The notes under the pieces were generated by a model that had not been told where the DNA came from, made no database searches, and saw only the letters and a program-made list of their open reading frames with translations. From positions 1 to 19,426 of the forward strand of contig DAOPNM010000011.1 in the NCBI GenBank assembly GCA_035357435.1: a stretch of DNA of 19,426 bases, in the 5' to 3' direction. The position numbers and the translations under genes were made by a program. Positions 14,794-19,426 of the stretch are shown one piece after another. The stretch's first letter is position 1; every line of letters starts with the position of its first letter. This DNA comes from an archaeon (GTDB lineage: Archaea > Iainarchaeota > Iainarchaeia > Iainarchaeales > CSSED10-239).

Positions 14794-15557
14794 ATACACA
14801 TACAAAATTATGGAGAGTTAAACAATTGGAAGAATTAAATAAATTAGTTTCTAAATATAATGTTATAGGGATAGGTTCTGTGTATAATTTTCCTGCATCA
14901 TTATTACATAAATTAAAAAAGAATTTGCCTGATGTTGTTTTTAAAGTTACAAATAAAAATGTTCTTAAAAAGGTTTTGGAGTCTAATGGTCATAATGATT
15001 TAGTAAATATTTTGCCATCTCAACCAATATTAATTTTGGCAAACAATTTAAATGCATTTGAAGTATATTCTAAAATAAAAAAAAATAAAGCAAAATCAAG
15101 AGCAAAGGTTGGGATGATTTCTCCAATAGATATAATTGTTCCTGCAGGAGACACAGGATTACCACCAGGCCCTGCACTTTCTGATCTTAAAAAGGTTGGT
15201 TTAAAAGCACAGGTTAAAGGACAAACAATTTCTATTGTTGAGGATTCTGTTATTGTTAAGAAAGGAAATGTAATAAATTCAGATGTTGTTTCAACATTGT
15301 CTAAATTAGGAATTAAACCTATAGAATTAATTTTAGATGTTGTTGGCATAAAAGAAGGTAATTTAATTTATCCAAAGGATGCATTAGATATAAATGCAGA
15401 AGATATTTTCAATAAGATTATATTAGCAATAAGAAGTTCAGTAAATTTAGGTGTTGAAATAGAATATCCTACATCAATGACAATAAATCCAATGATTTCA
15501 AAGGCATATTTACAGGCACAGGCTATATCTAAATTGATTGAAGAGAAAAATGTATAA
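14790..15557 (+). CDS. rpl10: 50S ribosomal stalk protein uL10 (P0), unusually short (255 aa)
   Basis: It overlaps the L1 stop (ATGA). The N-terminal uL10 domain is [37 protein letters not shown]. The archaeal/eukaryal insertion domain is [34 protein letters not shown]. It lies between L1 and P1. It lacks the acidic GLGALFG-type tail. Confidence 0.85.
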   Translation: MNTHTKLWRVKQLEELNKLVSKYNVIGIGSVYNFPASLLHKLKKNLPDVVFKVTNKNVLKKVLESNGHNDLVNILPSQPILILANNLNAFEVYSKIKKNKAKSRAKVGMISPIDIIVPAGDTGLPPGPALSDLKKVGLKAQVKGQTISIVEDSVIVKKGNVINSDVVSTLSKLGIKPIELILDVVGIKEGNLIYPKDALDINAEDIFNKIILAIRSSVNLGVEIEYPTSMTINPMISKAYLQAQAISKLIEEKNV

Positions 15558-15601
15558 AATTTATAAAATATTTTTATAAAAAAAATGAAATAGGTGAATA
15601 T

Positions 15602-15889
15602 ATGGAATACATATATGCAGTTTTATTATTGCACAATGCAAAAAAAGAAATAAATGAAGAAAATATAAAGAAAGTTCTTGTCGCTGCAGGTTTAACACCT
15701 GATGACACAAAGATTAAAGGTATGGTTACAGCATTAAAAGAAGTAAATATTTCTGAGGCTATAGAAAAAGCATCTATGCCTGTAGCTGTAGCAGCTGCAC
15801 CAGCACAAGAAAAGAAAGAAGAAAAACCAAAAGAACCAGAAGTAACTGAAGAAACAGCTGCAGAAGGTCTTGGTGCTTTATTTGGTTAA
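15602..15889 (+). CDS. rpl12: 50S ribosomal stalk protein P1 (aL12)
   Basis: [26 protein letters not shown], then an Ala/Pro hinge, then an acidic/Lys stretch and the hallmark C-terminus [13 protein letters not shown]. Shine-Dalgarno GGTGA lies 5 nt upstream. Confidence 0.93.
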   Translation: MEYIYAVLLLHNAKKEINEENIKKVLVAAGLTPDDTKIKGMVTALKEVNISEAIEKASMPVAVAAAPAQEKKEEKPKEPEVTEETAAEGLGALFG

Positions 15890-15890
15890 A

Positions 15891-15914
15891 TTTTTTTTCT
15901 TTTTTTCTTTTTTA
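15891..15914 (+). terminator. Oligo-T tracts, candidate terminator of the L1-P0-P1 operon
   Basis: TTTTTTTTCTTTTTTTCTTTTTTA starts 2 nt after the P1 stop, followed by a ~170-nt non-coding gap. Confidence 0.4.
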
Positions 15915-16084
15915 TTTAATTAAGTATTTGCCACTAGAAATCTTTTTTGTGTTTTTATCATGATTTCTTGGGCACCTCTTAATTTATCTTTTTTAGTTTA
16001 TGATACAAATAATTTATTTTACTTGTTTTTACATGGTTTTATGTAACCATTCATTTTTTAAACAATTTTTTTAATTATTTTTGT

Positions 16085-17662
16085 ATGGATTTAGATAATG
16101 AGTTTATTGTTCATAAATATGTTAAACCAAATAAAATACATAAACGTTTATATCAAGAACTTTTAGCGGCAGAGGCAATTGAGCATGACACACTGGTTGT
16201 GGCACCTACTGGTTTAGGTAAAACAATTGTAGCAGTTCTTTTGATTGCATATGTCTATTCTCCAGAGAAATCAATTTTATTTTTAGCACCTACAAAGCCA
16301 TTGGTTATGCAGCATAAAAAAAAGTTAGAAGATGTTTTAAATATCCCTTCTGAAAAAATTGTTTTATTAACTGGTCAAATTCCATCATCTAAACGAAAAG
16401 AGATTTATAAGCAGAATGGCATAATTATTTGTGCAACTCCCCAAACCATAGAGAATGATATTTCTGAGAATTTAATAAATAAAAATAATTTTAATTTAGT
16501 TATTTTTGATGAAGCCCATAGAGCCGTAGGTGATTATTCTTATGTTTTTATTTCTTCTTTTTTTACAGATGTAAAAAGATTAGGTTTAACTGCATCCCCT
16601 GGTTCTGACAAATTAAAAATCCAAGAGGTTGCAACAAATTTAAGTTTAAATAATATAAAAATTAAAACAGAAAGTGATTATGATGTCATTGATTATGTTC
16701 AAGATATGGAAACAGATATTATTTTTTGTGAATTAGATTCATTTTCAAAAAAAATTTCTTTTTTATTAACTCAGTTGATTGATAAAAAAATTTCTTTTTT
16801 ACGTAAATTAAATTTTTCTATTTCTACGAATTATACTAGAAAAGAACTTTTGCAAATCCAGTCCCAAATTATTTTTAGATTAAAAAAATCTAAAAATCAA
16901 ATTATGTTTTCTGCATTGTCAACAGTTGCAGGTATTTTGAAATTGTTTCATGCAAAAGAGTTGATAGAAACGCAAGGTGTTGTTTGTTTTAAGAATTATA
17001 TAAATAAGATGGCTATACAAGATAAAGATAATAAATCATCTAAAGCACTTCTTTCTATTTTAAATTCAGAAGAGTTTAAAAAAATAAGTTATTTGTTGTC
17101 ATCTGCCGATTTATCTAAAATAGTTTATGAAAAAGAAAGTAAATTGTTAGATATTATTAATGATTTTGTTTTAACAAATCCAAGTTCTAGAATTTTAGTT
17201 TTTAATAATTTTAGAGATAATGCCAATCATTTGGTAGAGTTATTAAATAAAAATAAAAATATTAAAGCTGCAAGATTTGTAGGGCAAGCTACAAAATTTA
17301 ATGATAAAGGATTGTCTCAAAAAGAGCAGTTATTGATTCTTAATGATTTTAAGCAAGGTGTTTATAATACATTGGTATGCACATCTGTAGGAGAAGAGGG
17401 GTTAGATATACCTTCTGTAGATTTGGTTATTTTTTATGACGCTGTTGCTTCAGAAATCCGTTCTATTCAAAGAAAGGGGAGAACAGGAAGATTTAATGCC
17501 GGGAAAGTTATTTTGTTGTTGAATAAGAATACAATTGATGAGCATTATTATTATCTTTCTTTAAGAAAAGAAAAAAAAATGAAAAAACTTCTTTCAAATC
17601 CAGAGGTTTTGAAATCTCCAAGAAGAAAAAGTTTGCAAAAAACAATTAATGATTTTAGTTGA
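16085..17662 (+). CDS. hef: Hef/FANCM/Mph1-family SF2 DNA helicase (helicase portion only)
   Basis: Helicase motifs are I (APTGLGKT), Ia (LAPTKPLV), II (FDEAHRAVGDYSY), III (LGLTASPG), an inserted helical domain, IV (ILVFNNFRDNA), V (LVCTSVGEEGLDIP) and VI (QRKGRTGR). This is typical of the Hef helicase domain. Confidence 0.85.
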   Translation: MDLDNEFIVHKYVKPNKIHKRLYQELLAAEAIEHDTLVVAPTGLGKTIVAVLLIAYVYSPEKSILFLAPTKPLVMQHKKKLEDVLNIPSEKIVLLTGQIPSSKRKEIYKQNGIIICATPQTIENDISENLINKNNFNLVIFDEAHRAVGDYSYVFISSFFTDVKRLGLTASPGSDKLKIQEVATNLSLNNIKIKTESDYDVIDYVQDMETDIIFCELDSFSKKISFLLTQLIDKKISFLRKLNFSISTNYTRKELLQIQSQIIFRLKKSKNQIMFSALSTVAGILKLFHAKELIETQGVVCFKNYINKMAIQDKDNKSSKALLSILNSEEFKKISYLLSSADLSKIVYEKESKLLDIINDFVLTNPSSRILVFNNFRDNANHLVELLNKNKNIKAARFVGQATKFNDKGLSQKEQLLILNDFKQGVYNTLVCTSVGEEGLDIPSVDLVIFYDAVASEIRSIQRKGRTGRFNAGKVILLLNKNTIDEHYYYLSLRKEKKMKKLLSNPEVLKSPRRKSLQKTINDFS

Positions 17663-17689
17663 TGTTTGTTTTTTTATGTTTATATGTAA

Positions 17690-18373
17690 ATGTGGTTTGC
17701 TATGCCTGATAAATTAGTTTTTGTAGTTGATCAAAGAGAAAAACGTTCGTCCGTTGTGAATGATTTATTGTCTCTTAATTCAAAAGATATAGAAATAGTT
17801 ATAACTTTTGAGCAATTAAAAGTAGGGGATTACCAGTTGTCTGATGATGTGGTTGTTGAAAGAAAAACTATTGAAGATTTGGAAGCCTCAATTATTGATG
17901 GAAGGATTTTTTCTCAAATAGAAGCATTATCAAATGTTCCTAAATCATGTTTGATTATAGAAAATCCTTTATTTGAAATTTATGAAGGTTATGGGCGAAT
18001 AAATAGAAATGCCTTGATTGGTTTGTTAACAAAAATAGGTTTGGATTATAAACTCCCTATTTTTTTTACAAGAAACTCAAAAGAAACTGCAGATTTCCTT
18101 TTTGTTATTGCAAAAAGAGAGCAATTAATTCATTCTACACCAATAAAAACAAGGTATTCAAAAACACCAATGTCTTATTCTCAGCGGCAATTATTTATAA
18201 TGGAGTCTTTTCCAAATATTGGCCCAACCCTTGCAAGATCTATTTTAAAAGAGTTTAAAACTTTAAAAAATGTTGCAAATGCAGATGTAAAAGATCTTCA
18301 AAAAGTAAAAAAATTAGGCCGTAAAAAGGCAGAACAGATTAAATATCTTCTTGAAAGGAATTTTGGGGATTAG
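17690..18373 (+). CDS. XPF/ERCC4-type structure-specific endonuclease with C-terminal (HhH)2 (nuclease portion of Hef)
   Basis: ERCC4 signature FVVDQREKRS, then VGDYQL, then VVERKTIEDLEASIIDGRIFSQ. The C-terminal tandem HhH is FPNIGPTLARSILKEF...LQKVKKLGRKKAEQI. The alternative start ATG 17702 (MPDKLVFVVD) is at least as likely as 17690. Confidence 0.85.
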   Translation: MWFAMPDKLVFVVDQREKRSSVVNDLLSLNSKDIEIVITFEQLKVGDYQLSDDVVVERKTIEDLEASIIDGRIFSQIEALSNVPKSCLIIENPLFEIYEGYGRINRNALIGLLTKIGLDYKLPIFFTRNSKETADFLFVIAKREQLIHSTPIKTRYSKTPMSYSQRQLFIMESFPNIGPTLARSILKEFKTLKNVANADVKDLQKVKKLGRKKAEQIKYLLERNFGD

Positions 18374-19103
18374 TTAATGCTGGATCAAATACATATAGTT
18401 TTTTAGTTTTAAGATCAATAAATATATTTTGTGATTTAATATCCCAGATATAATATGGTTTTATTTTTTTGTTTATTTCATATACTTTCCCTTTTATGTT
18501 ATTTAAAAGACTAATCGCTGTTTCTTTTCGTATAGCTCCATTATCTATTGCAACAGATAATGTTGGAAATGGAATATATTCATATGCGATAATTGTATAG
18601 TTTTTATTTTTATATTTAAAATTCATAGCAAAATGTGCAGGAATGATTTCAATTCCATTTTGTTTTAATATTTCTATTGCTTTAATTTCAGATAGCCCAT
18701 TTATTCCATAATGTATAGGTAGTGTTCGTAAGTGTGCCTTTAAAAAATATTTTTTAGATTTTCCATTTATTTTTGTTTCTAATATTATGTGTGATGGAGA
18801 GTCACGCACTGTTTTGGCCATTAATTCATTTTTTGGTATTTTTTGTATTTTATATTCCCAATTTTCTCCTTTTTTTTGTATTATTTTTTCACTATTTTGG
18901 TTTGTTATTACTTTTTTAATTTCTGTCATTATTCCAGGTATTGCGTGTATTATGTTTTTTGCTTCTTGTGTATATGCAATCCCTTTATAGTATTGTGTGG
19001 ATATTATTTTGTTCTTTTCAAGTTCTTTTATTTTTAATGGTGTTCCTTTAAATAATTTTGGTTGTTTTTTTTCAATTATTCTGGGTTTTTTTATGTATCT
19101 CAT
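18339..19103 (-). CDS. Hypothetical protein with a protein-kinase-like core ending just after the DFG-equivalent
   Basis: Beta3-Lys-like KKYFLKAH, helix-C-like GLSEIKAIEIL, hinge-like TIIAYEYIP and a catalytic-loop-like WDIKSQNIFID (compare HRDIKPQNIL). The Mg-binding-Asp region is KKLYVFDPAL (compare KL-DFGLA). The ORF ends 12 aa later. Its 3' end overlaps the convergent XPF gene by 35 nt. Confidence 0.5.
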   Translation of the reverse strand: MRYIKKPRIIEKKQPKLFKGTPLKIKELEKNKIISTQYYKGIAYTQEAKNIIHAIPGIMTEIKKVITNQNSEKIIQKKGENWEYKIQKIPKNELMAKTVRDSPSHIILETKINGKSKKYFLKAHLRTLPIHYGINGLSEIKAIEILKQNGIEIIPAHFAMNFKYKNKNYTIIAYEYIPFPTLSVAIDNGAIRKETAISLLNNIKGKVYEINKKIKPYYIWDIKSQNIFIDLKTKKLYVFDPALTNPQNSFQEDI

Positions 19104-19174
19104 ATTTTTCCAAGTTGTTATGTTATAATTATTTTTTGTTCATATATGTTTATAAACAGGTATTTGTTTTAATT

Positions 19175-19426
19175 TTATATTGTTTTCCCTGCCATTTTCT
19201 CTATAATTTTCAATAAATTTTCATTGTCTGTGTTGTTTTCTATACTATAGTATTTTAATGCTTCTTTTTTATTATATTTTATCTTGTTTATTTCATTTAT
19301 TTTTAATTTTGTTTTTATTTGATTTATTTGTTTTTTATTTATTTTTTTTTTTTTAATAATTTTAAGAAATCCTTTATTTTTTCCTTTTTTATGGTTATTT
19401 TGGGTTTTAATGTTTTTTTTTTTTTT
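19175..19426 (-). CDS. Possible C-terminal fragment of a Lys/Asn/Ile-rich hypothetical protein entering from the right edge
   Basis: The minus-strand frame is open from the window edge to TAA at 19175-19177. It ends ...KINEINKIKYNKKEALKYYSIENNTDNENLLKIIEKMAGKTI. It is low-complexity and driven by poly-T runs on the plus strand, so it may not be coding. Confidence 0.25.
   Translation of the reverse strand, partial: KKKKNIKTQNNHKKGKNKGFLKIIKKKKINKKQINQIKTKLKINEINKIKYNKKEALKYYSIENNTDNENLLKIIEKMAGKTI

Noticed and set aside
15915-16084. Non-coding gap after the stalk operon, screened for C/D-box sRNA or other RNA genes. It includes a 27-codon ORF starting near 15959 and an ATGGTT/AACCAT hairpin.
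   Set aside because: There is no C box (UGAUGA) and D box (CUGA) pairing and no GC enrichment. The small ORF lacks a Shine-Dalgarno and has hydrophobic shadow-like composition.
16748-16801. 18-nt direct repeat AAAAAAATTTCTTTTTTA at 16748-16765 and 16784-16801 inside the Hef helicase gene
   Set aside because: It encodes KKISFL twice, 12 codons apart, in the variable insertion domain. Homopolymer-rich low complexity probably explains it, and there are no mobile-element hallmarks.
17660-17701. Stop-codon read-through or a single sequencing error fusing the Hef helicase and nuclease
   Set aside because: The spacer carries two in-frame stops (TGA 17660 and TAA 17687). A single error or simple read-through therefore cannot restore a fusion. 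I treat it as a genuine split pending read-level checks.

Overview
Compact, strongly AT-rich archaeal chromosomal segment. The gene set is archaeal: RadA, Sm-like protein, the uL1-uL10(P0)-P1 stalk operon, Hef/XPF, Taw1 and an archaeal-type MinD. Small gene size, 4-nt gene overlaps and reduced proteins suggest a small-genome, DPANN-like archaeon; that placement is inference only. About 24 genes are supported, mostly information-processing housekeeping plus two central-carbon genes (enolase and a PEP-synthase-like enzyme). One tRNA-Arg(UCU) lies just upstream of a partial arginyl-tRNA synthetase gene that the ORF track misses. I found no CRISPR array, transposase, integrase, rRNA or recognisable defence system. 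I cannot point to a clear multi-gene novel system. The most unusual item is a 276-aa protein carrying 14 perfect-register 11-residue (33-nt) tandem repeats with an invariant Phe and a GLGKN-like core, which matches no family I recognise. Other points worth a second look:
- Hef is split into separate helicase and XPF-nuclease ORFs in the same frame.
- An Nre-like repair protein ends in a textbook PCNA-binding PIP box, and the Hef helicase ends in a PIP-like motif.
- The ribosomal stalk protein P0 is truncated.
- A HAD-fold protein with both catalytic Asp residues replaced overlaps the enolase start.
- The PEP-synthase-like enzyme has a degenerate C-terminal domain.
- An NYN / unknown / MinD / Sm / membrane-protein gene string has no known shared function.
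- A truncated protein-kinase-like ORF overlaps the XPF gene tail to tail.
- Two small ORFs are missing or mis-started in the supplied track.
All family assignments come from motif recognition by eye and need HMM or structure confirmation.
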